Assembly (NCBI GenBank): GCA_951406725.2
Contig: OX597816.1
Span: forward strand, 166,470,001-166,534,000
Source: Octopus vulgaris
Lineage: Eukaryota
Direction of reading: 5' to 3'
Length of the DNA stretch: 64,000 nt
In this document: one piece after another, positions 51,023 through 63,591 of the stretch
How positions within the stretch are numbered: position 1 is the first letter of the stretch
Layout: every line of letters begins with the position of its first letter
Notes under the pieces: generated by a model
Told to the model about the DNA's origin: nothing
What the model saw: the letters and a program-made list of their open reading frames with translations, nothing else
The model's database searches: none
Position numbers and translations under genes: made by a program

Positions 51023-51973
51023 AAGAATTAGAAATAAAAAGACCTTAGTACAGTATTTTATATTTGAAAAAATGAATAGGAATGGCTTTTCTGATTATTT
51101 TTTCCACTTCGATAATTAGATGTTTATAAATTATCAGGTGTTTACAAATCATGACTCTGTTAGGAGTTTCATACTTAAAAGGGGTTTTCAAGCTGATACC
51201 CTCGAGTCCCCTTAATACAGTCTTAATTTCTAGCTGTGTACATAGGGCTGTTGAACAACGAACACATACACACACACACACACACTCACACGCACACATG
51301 TGCATCTAATGATTTCTCAACATCTAATTATCAAAGTGGAAAAATTATAAGAAAAATCTATTTCTATTCATTTTTTCATACACACACACACACATACAAA
51401 ATTCCTGTTATCTGCCATAAATCTTTAGTTTAAAATTTGAAATTTATATTTCTAGCATTTTATTTATTTTATTAATGACCAAACTAAAGGTGGTGTTTGA
51501 AAATATTCTAATTTTTGTTTGTATTTCTTGTCTGTCATACATTTATAAGATGTTGTTGTCATTGTGTTTAAAGCGTTTTCATCACGCAGAAGATGTTATC
51601 ATCATTATGTTTGTGTTTTCACCACACAAAGATAGCTAAGTCATTTCACTCATAATAAATTGTAACGTCTTCGATATTAATGTTAATCTCCTACCAAACA
51701 AAGATTTGTCTTGCAGCATTTTGCTTCCATACACCACATGAATTCTTTAAAAGCAATGAATCTTAAAGGACTGTTGTTAAAGTTGTTAGTGGGGTTTTTT
51801 TGTTTGTTTTGTTTTTTTGACACCTAGGTATAAAAATATGGAGTTTTAAATTAACACCTACTGTGAATTGAAAGAACAAATAATAACAGGCCATTATGCT
51901 TAATTATATTTAACCATGAAATAGGAGAGTGACAATGATCTTCGGAATTAGAAAAATTGTTCTAATTCCACTA

Positions 51974-52454
51974 GTAACCCTTTCGTTACCAACCCGGCTG
52001 AAACTGGCTCTGGCTCTGAGTACAAATGTCTTGTTTTCACAAGTTTTGAATTAAAATCTTCCACCAAACCTTAGTCATAATCTATGTTCTTAAAACTAGC
52101 TGAATGATAGCTAAGTTATTTTACTAAATTTTTTGTTATATTTAAAGTAATTGAAAGAAATACAGAGCATCTCAAAATAAATACAGTAACGAAAGGGTTA
52201 AACAGTGATTAACTCTTTTGTTACCATATTTCTATTGAAACACATTACCGCTGTTTTAAGTAATTTAGAAAATAATGAAAAATTTAGTAAAATATCCATC
52301 ATATTAATTTGCAGTCTGAAACAAAAATTATAAAATTTTGAGGGTAAGATTTAAATGTAAATCACATTAAGACAAAAAGTTTATATCATAAAACTTAGAG
52401 CAGTTTCAAAAAGTTTAAAATGAACTTTTGAAAGTAACTTCCAGAAAGAGTTAA
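51974..52454. mobile_element. Two adjacent piggyBac-type MITEs (51974-52201, 52209-52454)
   Basis: Same terminal repeats; the second copy is more diverged and in opposite orientation. Confidence 0.8.
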
Positions 52455-53747
52455 GTATACGTTTGTCTTAAATATTAGTGAGTTATGTATACAAAAAGAT
52501 TGTCTTCCTTGAAAAGAATCCATGTCCTGTTTTGTAGAGGGCATGGCTTGCTGGTGCTAATAACCAAGTAACATAACTCTTCTGTTCCTGTTAGGTTTCC
52601 TGTCCCATGAAAAAAAAAGAAAAAATTCTTTTAAACTTTTACATAACATGCAAAGATAAAAATGGTTGTGAGAGTAAAAGTGCTACACTACGAACCACAT
52701 GAACCCAAGTGCAACCCCTACTTCAATCTTTTCACTGTTTCCTTATATAAAATATCAATTCTACCTGCTCTAGACTACACTAAAAATAAATACGGATCCC
52801 ATTTATTCCTTTAGGCATGTAGCTGTAAATACAACTGATGTAATAATATTATAAATGTTTCAACTAGGCGAAAATCTTTTAAGCACAAACTTGAGACAGA
52901 AAAGAACAAAAGGTCCACTGACAAAATATTCATCCTCATCATCATCATTTAATGTCCGTTTTCTGTGTTGATATGGGTTGGACAGTTTGACAAGAGCTGG
53001 AGAGTTGTGGCAGGCTCCAGTTGTCTGTTTTGGCATGGTTTCTATGGCTGGATGCTCCTCCTGGTGCCGGACACTTTACAGAGTGTACTGTGTGCTTTTT
53101 ATATGAAACCAGCGCCAGTGGGGTTGTTAAGTAATTTATTGCGAGAAGGAGGGGAATTGAGGGAAGTGGTTGTGTTCCAGGCAAGGGGTTAGAGTATGAT
53201 AGAGGGACAGGAATAGTTGTCTTACTATAAATGTGATACTTGGCCATCCCGGTAGAACAAAGAATAAGGAAGGTGCAAGAGAGAGAGGAACCATATATTG
53301 GGTGGGCGAGTTAACCTTATTATCAATCAACTGATAGTGTGTCTGCTGTTATTAGCTCTTAAATTAAGTTCTGTGAATCAAATTTTAGTGTTATTTTCTG
53401 TCTCAGATTACTGCTTAAAATGTCTAATTTTGCACCAGCATTTTGACAGTCATAATTAGGCAAACCATTCCACAAATGTTAACTAAGAAATCCATCATCA
53501 TAATTGTTTTAAGATCATTGTTACCACATTTGTAGGGGTCAAACAAGATTTCCTGTCTTGGTGCTCACCCTGTGGCCAATCATCATCTGTTTCCAAGCAA
53601 GGTAGTATTTTTTCTAGACTAGATATATTTTTTACAGAAGTCTACTAACAAACAGCATCATATTTGTATAAATGGTGGCTTTGTGTGCATTCAGTATGCA
53701 GCGTCATGACAGAAATACACACACACACACACACCCACACATATATA

Positions 53748-53930
53748 CTGATAAGGAAATAATTTATTCTCAAGTGCAGAATAATGCTAACAGGATAAAC
53801 TATCGATATTTTGCAGAAAAATTTGCCGATCCTGTTCCTGCTATTAGCATTATTCTGTATTTGAGAATATATTATTTCCTTATCTGTATCTTTCAATACA
53901 TCTCAATGATTCTAAAGCAAACTTTGTTTA
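53748..53930 (+). mobile_element. Small inverted-repeat element with tail (copy 2), between CA/TA repeats
   Basis: Same arms, AACAGGATAAACTATC core and tail as 22146-22310. Confidence 0.7.
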
Positions 53931-53947
53931 CTTTCTTCTTAATTCGA

Positions 53948-53996
<49 letters not shown>

Positions 53997-56891
53997 CACG
54001 CTACTGGTCTTATCATTTTCCATCGGCCAAATTCACTTACAAGACACGGTTTAAGTCGAAGACATTTGCCGAAGGAGCAGCACAGTGGTACTGCACCTAA
54101 AACCAGATGGTTGCAATCTGACATTCTTAACTATACAATTTATTGTGGTTAAAGAACTATATGAAATAGTTTTCAAAAGTAGATTTTTATCATGTATTGT
54201 CTCATCTCTGTATAGAATTCCAGTGAGAAAGGTTCTAATTTCACTGGAATTTTATACTCAGAAATTTTCTCCCTACCTCTACTTTTCCTACAAACCACAT
54301 GCAGGACATCAAACATATCAGTCTCCTGTTTCTGGGAGAATTAATTTTGATAGTTGTGGGCATTGTCTCTCCATCTCTGGCTAATCTATAAAAACAAGAC
54401 TATTGACTTTAGTAACTCAATCCCAAGTTACCAGTTAAATTACACATGGATATAACAATATTTAGAAATATTAATGATTTTTTTAAATTTAAAAACAATG
54501 AAAAGTGGTGGACGCAAACTGTCTCCTGGTTTAATTCCACCACCTGGTCCTTGGAGACCATTGTGTTACTGGTATTCAGGTCAAGGCTCTTATCTGAAGA
54601 TAATATCTTCCTTTCTTCTCATCCATTTTGCAGACCCAGAATAGCATCATAGGTTTTGTGCTTCCTCCTCTCACTAAGTGTTATTATCATCCTCTTTTTA
54701 ATGGTTGGATGGAGTTTGTTGAGGCAGATTCTCAACGGCTGAATGCTCTTCCTGTTGCCAACCCTTACCTGTTTCCAAGCAAGGTAATAATTTCTCTTTG
54801 GCCAGACATGTTTTCACGGAAGACTAGAAACAAAGGTGTCAAGAGAAAGAAACATAGAGGACGCTTGTTCAGACTTCCTCAAGAAATTTTCACAAGTGTT
54901 GTGTGTGTGCTTATATCATCATCATCATCATCATCATCGTTTAACGTCCGCTTTCCATGCTAGCATGGGTTGGAGGATTTGACTGAGGACTGGCGAACCA
55001 GATGGCTGCACCATCTCCAATTTGATATGGCAGAGTTTCTACAACCACTCTGAGAGTGTAGTGGGTGCTTTTACATGCCACCTGCACAGGAGCCAGTCCA
55101 GCGGCACTGGCAATGACCTCGCTCGAATGTTTTTCACATGTCACCGGCACAAGTGCCAGTAAGGCGATGCTGGTAACGATCACGTTTGAATGGTGCTTTT
55201 TATGTGCCACCGGCACGATATAAAATATAGTGAAATGGTATTAGAACAATGATGATAACTATTAGGAGCTGAAGATGAGATGAATATGTTTGGTGTGTTT
55301 TTTTTTGTGTTGTTGAATGTGAATCTTTTGTATTTTGTGTTCTCACAGTTCAAAGTTGTCGTTCATTGAAATTCTAGTTCCTGTAGAAATATAATTATTG
55401 TTTCTGTTCAGAAGATTAGAGGAGACATCACCTTGCTTGGAAACAGATGAGGGTTAGTGACAGAGAAAGCATCCATCTGTAGGAAATCTGCGTCAACGAA
55501 TTTCGTCTGGCCTGTATAGAAAAGTGGGCATAAAAATAACGTTGCTGTTATCGTCAATGATACAGGCTTTTATTTATTTAGATTTACTTAATATGGTTTT
55601 ACATATTTTATATTTTCTGTTTCAAAGAAATAATTCAAAAACATTTACATTTTTCTATGGTTCACAGATTTGAAATCTTGAATTAAATATTCACCAGTGT
55701 TGTGTAAAATTATAAACCATTTCAAGTGGTACATTTATTTTCTAGAATATTCTCTCTTCCAATCACTTTGTTCCAATTCCATTCCCTGATGTGCTTTTGC
55801 CATTTTTCATATGACTCCATAATACTTCTCATAAAAGACCCCTTTTTTTTAATTTTTTTTTTTTTTTTTTTTACTTGGGGAGCTTTACTTTAGAAAATCT
55901 GCATGGAATCAGTCTGTTTTGTTTCAAAATGTTAATTTTAAAAGATTTGTTGTTAAGTTCCAGATCATCTCTGATTTGGCAGACCTTTAACCAAAGACAT
56001 TCCAGTGAGGACCATCCTTCCCCACCTTTTTTTTTTTTTTTTTTGTTACAGATATAGTGCATTTGTGACTCCATTTTCCAGTATATACTTTTTTTTAAAA
56101 AAAAAAAAGGAAAAATGATAGCATTTGATTTGAAGGAAATTTACCTGCTTTTTCTAGCAGGCTGAGTTTTTTGAGAGTTGGTGATTAAAGACAGCGATAT
56201 GTATTGTATTCCAATACGACTTTAGTTTGTGTTGGAACATCTGACTTTGTAATAAATTCAGTGAACCTTGGTGATATTTGTATGCTCTATTCTATATCAT
56301 GCAATGAAAAACTAAAGGAAGAAAAAAAACAGAGAAGTTTTTAAAAATGAAGTTCTTTAATGAAATTACATAACATTAAACCTCATTTATGTTAATGATC
56401 GTTTCGTATGGATATGTTATGTTATGAAAGAAATATAGGATATCCTGTAATGATGGGGGACATGTTCTATTTGTAGTCTACAAGATCATGGGTGCTCAAC
56501 CATGTGGAACGAGACAATTGGGCACAGCTATTTGGCCATTGATGCTTTGGCACGGCTGACTGAACATTCAACCTGTTTTGGGGATGGTATGTTTTGGCAC
56601 TGGAGGCAAACGCATACACATACATACACACATTTAGAAATACAGATAAAAAGAGTAAGAGATAAATATTATCATCATCATTTGACATCCATTTTTCATT
56701 TTGGCATGGGTTGGACAGTTTGACCAGAACTGGCAAGTCGGAAGATTGTGCCAAGCTCCTATGTTTATTTTGGCATGGCTTTTATGGTTGGATGCCCTTC
56801 CTAAAGCCAACCACTTTATAGAGTGGACTGGATTTTTATATGGCACTATCACTGGTAAGATCCAGCACCAACAATAAAAATCTACATACAG

Positions 56892-57356
56892 ACTAGCCAT
56901 TTTGACCCATGCTTTGCTCAGGTTTTGGTGGTGGTGTTGTTTTGTGCATGTTGTCTCCTTTTCCCTTTTTTCTTTTGTTCGTCTTCTTTGCCTGGTTCTT
57001 TTTATTGCCCTCTTCTTTACCCTCCTTTCCAAAATCTCCCAAATTTTTACACCCACAATTAAAGATAACCGCCTCTAGCCCCTGTAGCAACACGAAAAGC
57101 CACCATTATTCAAACATCGCAAGCTGTATATCCCGTAAAACTCAATTTTTTTCCATATTCCTCACCATGGCAACCAAACGGTAGCCCCGAGTAACTTGCA
57201 ACCCCCCTCACACCATTGCCCACCCCATTTTACCCCCGGTGTAAATTTTGGTGCCAATCCGACCCCATCTACCGCCCCTTAAACCGTTCCCATCCCAAAA
57301 TGAGACAAACAACCAAGAAATCAAACAACTTTTTCGCATTTCAGCTTTATAGATAT
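56892..57356 (-). mobile_element. Non-autonomous Helitron-like element (copy 2)
   Basis: Same ~465-bp sequence; minus-strand 3' end ..GGCTAGT. Confidence 0.7.
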
Positions 57357-58109
57357 TGATAAAAAGAGAGAAAGAGATTACATTAATTAATTCTGTTAAT
57401 TAATCCTATTAATTAATCAATTAATAAATTGTAAACCCTCTCCCTCTCTTCATATACATAAAGAGAAACATACTCACATGGATAAACAGAGAAAGTGGTG
57501 GGGAGAAGGAAAAAAACATTAAATGTTTGATATAAAAAAAGTCAGCATCGAACCAACAATGCTAAAATGGCCGTGCCAATATGTTTTGTATTCTCAGTCA
57601 CATTTGTTCTTGTTCTCGTGACTTACATATATACTGTATCCCATCTTTAGGGGACACCCTGGATTTAATTTACACCTTATTTTCCTTATAATGGTTCAAT
57701 TATTTTTTTTTTTTCAAATTTATGTATAAAGAAATTTGTTGTGTATATTCACTCCATGCTTGTGTATATAAATAAATGTGTACCTGTATGTGCAATATAT
57801 AATATATATATATTGTGTGTATAGATATGTGAATGAGTTTCATTGTATATTTATCTTCTCAAAAGTTATGTAATCTATTATATTTATTCAATATTTCTGT
57901 TTAAATGTTTTCCTTGTACTAATTGTTTTTATTATTTGTAATGTTATAGTCAACTTGTATTAGTAATAATAATAACAATTATTATTATTATCATTATTGA
58001 TTTGATTTTTCTAAAAAATTTTTATTTAATACATTAAACAATAAAGTCCAATCTCCAATACTATTCACCACTGTGTTTGCTCCTATTTTCATAGACCTGA
58101 TCCATTTTG

Positions 58110-58470
58110 TTGATGTCCAGCATTGACTGGCATGAAGTCACTCTCAGACATAAACCCAGCCCCTTATCTACTGGTGTACTGTCTCATTTTTTGATTTTCT
58201 ACCACTACTGTGATGGCCTCTGCTCTTCAAATCTGGCTGAACTCATATCACCTCCACTCAGGGATCCCTGTCTCACTTGTCTCTCCTCCTTTCATCACCT
58301 TTGTAGTGTCCAAGCCTAACTCTGTGCCTTGCACTGATCCCAGCACCCAAACTTTTCCTTCCCAGAACATTGTTCCTCTGGAGTTCCAACCCTACTCGTG
58401 TCTTTCCCATACGTGTTGACTTACAAAAGTTCAAGAAGAATACAAAGGGCATCAACTCCACAGGTCTAAG
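58110..58470 (+). mobile_element. Old LINE (L2/Jockey-group-like) 3' fragment
   Basis: FYHYCDGLCSSNLAELISPPL and downstream FLPRT..LW-like decayed motifs. Confidence 0.45.
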
Positions 58471-59112
58471 TGAACCTGCAAAGACCATGAGCAGAGATCT
58501 TTTCTCCATCCAGACGCAACAAGTGTGAAACAAAAAAAACACCAAATGTTCAAACTGCATATCAACATATACAAATGATGTTTATCAAAATTATTTGTTA
58601 ATTTTTGTAACCAATCCATATTTTAAACCTTTTTGTTTCCATGTTCTTATATATGCATGTTTATATGTATATGTCTGTCCTTCTTTGACATGACATTATG
58701 CAGTAGTTGTCAGTGAATGTTACCATCATACAAGCAGTGTCATTCGTTTCTAATCTCCCCTGAAAACATGTCCAGTCATGAGTAAAAATACCTTGCTTAA
58801 AAATATGTAAGGGTTTGCATCAGGAAGGGCATCAAGCCATGGGATATCCATTTCAACGAAATCCATCTGACCCATGCTGGCATAGAAAAAGTGAACGATT
58901 ATATATATATATATAAATGGATGAATGAATTATCCTATGCTTTCAGTTAACATGTAAAATTCAATAAACCGTTACCAGGGTAGCAAAATTCACTTCAGAA
59001 ACACGGTTGAAGTGACCTATCCACAGGTAGAAACTCCGGGTTAATGTGCAGTAATTTGTGTGTTATAAATAAATAAATGGAGTTGAACGAAGATGTTAAT
59101 AAAAGTCTTTTA

Positions 59113-59194
59113 CTTTCGACATATGTTTCGAAGACAACATGGTTTTATTCCAAAGGAATAAACGGTGTAAAATGCAATCTTCTCATCAGGAAAG
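59113..59194 (-). ncRNA. Type I hammerhead ribozyme, canonical core
   Basis: Minus strand: CUUUC-CUGAUGA-GAAGA..UCUUC-GAA-ACAUAUGU-C-GAAAG. 5-bp stem I, 5-bp stem II, palindromic stem III, GUC triplet. Confidence 0.85.
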
Positions 59195-59394
59195 AAAGAG
59201 AGCCTCTCTCAACAACAAGACATTATAACAATTACGATGACTGCCTAAATGATAAACATAGCGTTATTAAGTATTTAAAAAAAACCGTTTGTAGATTTGA
59301 CGTCAAAGGCAGATAGTAGGAAGAGAAGGGTTAAAGTGGTCTAAGAATCCATGTCATAAAAAATAAGCAATCATATTTATCAATAGAAGGGGGT

Positions 59395-59618
59395 ATATTA
59401 AAGTATACAGTATCATGGATCTATTTCAGCTGAATGTCTCGATCGGTTTTGTACAGGTTATTTTATAACATATAACAGCAGCTAACTAAAATCATGTGCT
59501 CCTGCCATCTCTGAAGAACACATGATTTTAGTTATCCACCCTGTTATCTAATATCCGGTGTGAAACTAATTGGTAAGATCGGCTGAAATGGATCTATAAT
59601 AATGTATACTTTGATTAA
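59395..59618. repeat. Degenerate palindrome centred near 59508
   Basis: Inner pair TAACTAAAATCATGTG / CACATGATTTTAGTTA; outer pair AAAGTATACA..GGATCTATTTCAGCTGA / TCGGCTGAAATGGATCTA..TGTATACTTT. Confidence 0.65.
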
Positions 59619-60279
59619 ATATGTATATATTGTGTATGGCGGTTACTGTTGAGTTTAGAGCTCCATGTAGATTATCATCATCCAGTCTTCTTTAAATATA
59701 GTGGTTTGGTTACTTCTATACTTGGTAACTATATTTACTAGTTATACAGAGCAAATTTAGGAGAAATTATGATAAACACAATTTATCATAATTGTCCTCT
59801 TTGTATGTGTCACCGTTGTAGCTGTTTAGAACCTCTGCACAGGATGTTCCACGCACAACTGAATGATAATCACAAGAAATCTTCAGAGAAACACTTTCTA
59901 AAGTTGGCAAGATTTCTTACAAGTGTTTTTGAGAGGGAAATAAATGCATAGAAAGCAAATGGAACAGAGAAACAGAAAGAGGGGGGGGGGGGGGAGACAA
60001 GACAGGATTGTAATTAAAGGAAGGAAAAACTAAAAAAAAAAGGCAGCAGTAAAACCATAAAAAGGTAAAACGTGTGTAGATAAAAAAATAGGTAAAAATA
60101 AATATACGAAAAAAGTAAATACGTCCTAGAGATAAAGAGAAGCAGAGTAGGGAAGAGATAACGAAAATAAAATATAGCAAAAGAGAGGGAGAGGAAGATA
60201 GAGATTGAGAAAAAAGGGGAGTGTTTTGTATTGGTCGGCTTTTTAAAAACTAAATACTGAAAACATGATTAGGCACCAG

Positions 60280-60652
60280 TTATTTGACTTCGGCCATGCT
60301 AGAGCACTGCTTTAGTCGACCAAATCGACCCCAAAACTTATTCTTTGTAAACCTAGTACTTATTCTATCGATCTTTATTGCCGAGCCGCTATGTTACAGG
60401 GATGTAAACACACCAACATCAGTTGTCAAGCGATGGTGGGGGAAAAACACAGACACACAAATACACACACACACACATATATGTATATATACACGATGGG
60501 TTTCTTTCAGTCTCCGTCTACCAAATCCACTCACAAGGCTTTGGTCGGACCGAGGCTATAGTAGAAGGCACTTAACCAAGGTGCCACGCAGTGGGACTGA
60601 ACCCGAAACCGTGTGGTTGGGAAGCACGCTTCTTACCACAGAGCTACTCCTG
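60280..60652 (-). mobile_element. Family A SINE
   Basis: Same body as 22634-23011. Confidence 0.85.
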
Positions 60653-60669
60653 AGCCTTGTTCACACGTA

Positions 60670-61750
60670 CCTATTCCTTTACTACCCACAAGGGGCTAAA
60701 CACAGAGGGGACGAACAAGGACAGACAAACGGATTAAGTCGATTATATCGACCCCAGTGCGAAACTGGTACTTATTTAATCGACCCTGAAAGGATGAAAG
60801 ACAAAGTCGACCTCGGCGGAATTTGAACTCAGAACGTAACGGCAGACGAAATACCGCTGAGCATTTCGCCCGGCGTGCTAACGATTCTGCCAGCTCACCG
60901 ACTTGTTCACACGTACCTTTAATATAGTTCTCAGGGAGATTCAGCGTGACACGCCGAATGTTACTAGGCTGGCTCGTTGGCCTTACAATTTTTTGTCGCC
61001 GGAGTTGAATGGGGCAACAAGAAATAAAGTGTTTTGCTTAAGGACAACGCACCGCAGAGAATCGAACTTACGCCCTTATGATCGTGAGCTGAATGCACTA
61101 ACCAGTATGCCACACACTTTCACTATAAACAGATGAACACACCGACAGATAGATATTCTTTTCTACTCTAGGCACAAAGTTCGAAATTTTGGATGGGGAG
61201 GGGCCAGATGATTAGATCGACCCCAGTACGCAACTGGTACTTAATTTATTGACCTCGAAAGGATGAAAAGCAAAGTCGACCTCGGTGGAATTTCAACTCA
61301 GAACGTAAAGACGGACGAAATACCGCTAAGCATTTCGCCCGGCGTGCTAACTTTCCTTGTTTCTTTATTGCCCACAAGGGGCTAAAAATAGAGGGGACAA
61401 ACAAGGACAGACACAGGGAATAAGTCGATTACATCGACCCCAGTGCGTAACTGGTACTTATTTAATCGACCCCGAAAGGATGAAAGGCAAAGTCGACCTC
61501 GGAGGAATTTGAACTCAGAACGTAGCGGCAGACGAAATACCTATTTCTTTACTACCTACAAGGGGCTAAACACAGAGAGGACAGACAAACGGATTAAGTC
61601 GATTATATTGACCCTAGTGCGTAACTGGTACTTATTTAATCGACCCCGGAAGAATGAAAGGCAGACTCGACCTCGGCGGAATTTGAACTCAGAACGAAAT
61701 ACGCTAAGCATTTTGCCTGGCGTGCTAACGATTCTGCTAGCTCGCCACCT
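60670..61750 (-). mobile_element. Cluster of CpG-rich family C SINEs plus one other tRNA-SINE
   Basis: Four copies of GAAAGGATGAAAG..GTCGACCTCGG..GAATTTGAACTCAGAACG-like sequence. Confidence 0.8.
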
Positions 61751-63144
61751 AAATTAGATAGATATTGGAAAATAAAGATAAACACAAATATAATGGTATG
61801 AGTGGATCAGGGCGTTGAACCGGGTGGGACCTGGCCCACAGACTCATAGACAGCTGTTCATATCCCACGCAACTTTATATTTTTGTACATTAGAGTTTAT
61901 ATTTATTTTTCAATTTATTTTCCTACAATAGAAAATGGGTTTTTATCTATTTTCAATAGTTATATCTTGTTTGAATTAAAATAAACTCCATATAAAATGA
62001 GATGACGTGTTGTTTAACTGTATTTTATAAGCTGAATGAAACGTATTTGATTTTGGTTCATTGATGGTTAAACTTGACGCTAAACAGTAACAACCTTATA
62101 ATTAGCAAGAAAAATATAATAAAAAAAAAAAAATAAAAAAAATATATGATCACCATCACCGCAAAGAATACTCCACATCACCAAAACCATAACCAATACA
62201 ACTATCAGTCCACTAACTATTGAATAAGTAGCAACAGAAATAACAATACCAGTATAGATTTAGCTAAGCTGTACACAAAAGAAATCAATGGAGAACCAGA
62301 GTTTATTATTGAAAGATTTATTTAATTGAGCACATGAGAGCGACAGCCGCCAGTCCATTCGTGCTTTATAGAAGTCTCGCCTGACCAGAAGTCAACGTCA
62401 CTGCAGACCAGCTCCCTAGCTAGCCCGCAACGAAGTTTCTGTCTACAGTTCGTCTGTTATAAATACTTGGACAGCGCCCTACACCAGCATAACATCAATG
62501 TCTGAAGCTACATATGTTGTATGTCAACACAATGGAGTGTATGAGAGAGAAGGAGAGAGAGAGAGTAGATGTTGAGTTTTATGTCTCAAGTCAAGGTGCA
62601 GGGTACAAAGTGCCCATGAATCTGGCAACCCTTCAACTAACTGTAATCTTGCAGTACTTCCTTCTCCCTCAGTAACCATCTTTTCATCTTTTCATTTCCA
62701 TTCTCACGTCTATAAGAATAAAGCAAAATTTTTGCACAAAACAGTTTTATCCTTGTGTTATTTTTTTTGCTCCATATTTTTGTAGATGGTTATTGACCAC
62801 TGATCACTGACCCACTGCTACGGTTGGATTTACCAACAGTTCAAGATATCTGGAAAGAAGCTATCAAGTGGAACTGAATATAGAACTGCGAAAAGAGATT
62901 GCACCGGAAATTAAACTTGATGTTTTAAAAATGCTTGATGAGAAAGAAAAAGATCAGGTTCATTGCCAAAACATTACAGGTTGTGGCATCTAGAGTAGGA
63001 ATTAAATCTTTTCTACTCTAGGCACAAGGCCCGAAATTTCTTGAGGGGTGGGGAGACCAGTCGATTAGATCAAACCCAGTACGCAACTGGTACTTAATTT
63101 ATCAACCCCGAAAGGGCGAAAGGCAAAGTCGACTTCGGCAGAAT

Positions 63145-63531
63145 TGTTGTGGTGAATAAAAAACAAAGAACATACATGATAATCGACACATGTCCCCGTG
63201 ACAACAGGATCAATGTGAAAGAAGAAAAAATAAACAGCCCTGACGATTTGAAGTGGGAAATACGAAGGTTGTGGTCAATGAAGAGAGTAGACGTGATACC
63301 AATAGTAATTGGTGCACTTGGAAGTATCAGCACTCAACTATCAACGTGGTTGAAAAAAGATCAGTGTAAGTGTGAAGGTAGAACACGTACAAAAATCAGC
63401 ATTGCTTGGAACTGCAAGAATCCTTCGCAGGGTTCTTGAAGCCTGACCAGTAAACAAGTGTCACCTTAGTCTGCTGGCTGTGGACAGCTGACACTTTCCA
63501 TCATGCCCAGTAAAATAAGCTGTGAGTTTTC

Positions 63532-63571
<40 letters not shown>

Positions 63572-63590
63572 AATAATTATAATAATAATA
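63145..63590 (+). mobile_element. R4/Dong-type (RLE) non-LTR retrotransposon 3' end with (TAA)n tail
   Basis: MIID..LKWEIRRLW..VIPIVIGALG, then in a shifted frame QKSALLGTARILRRVLE; ends in a long (TAA)n. Confidence 0.85.
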
Positions 63591-63591
63591 T

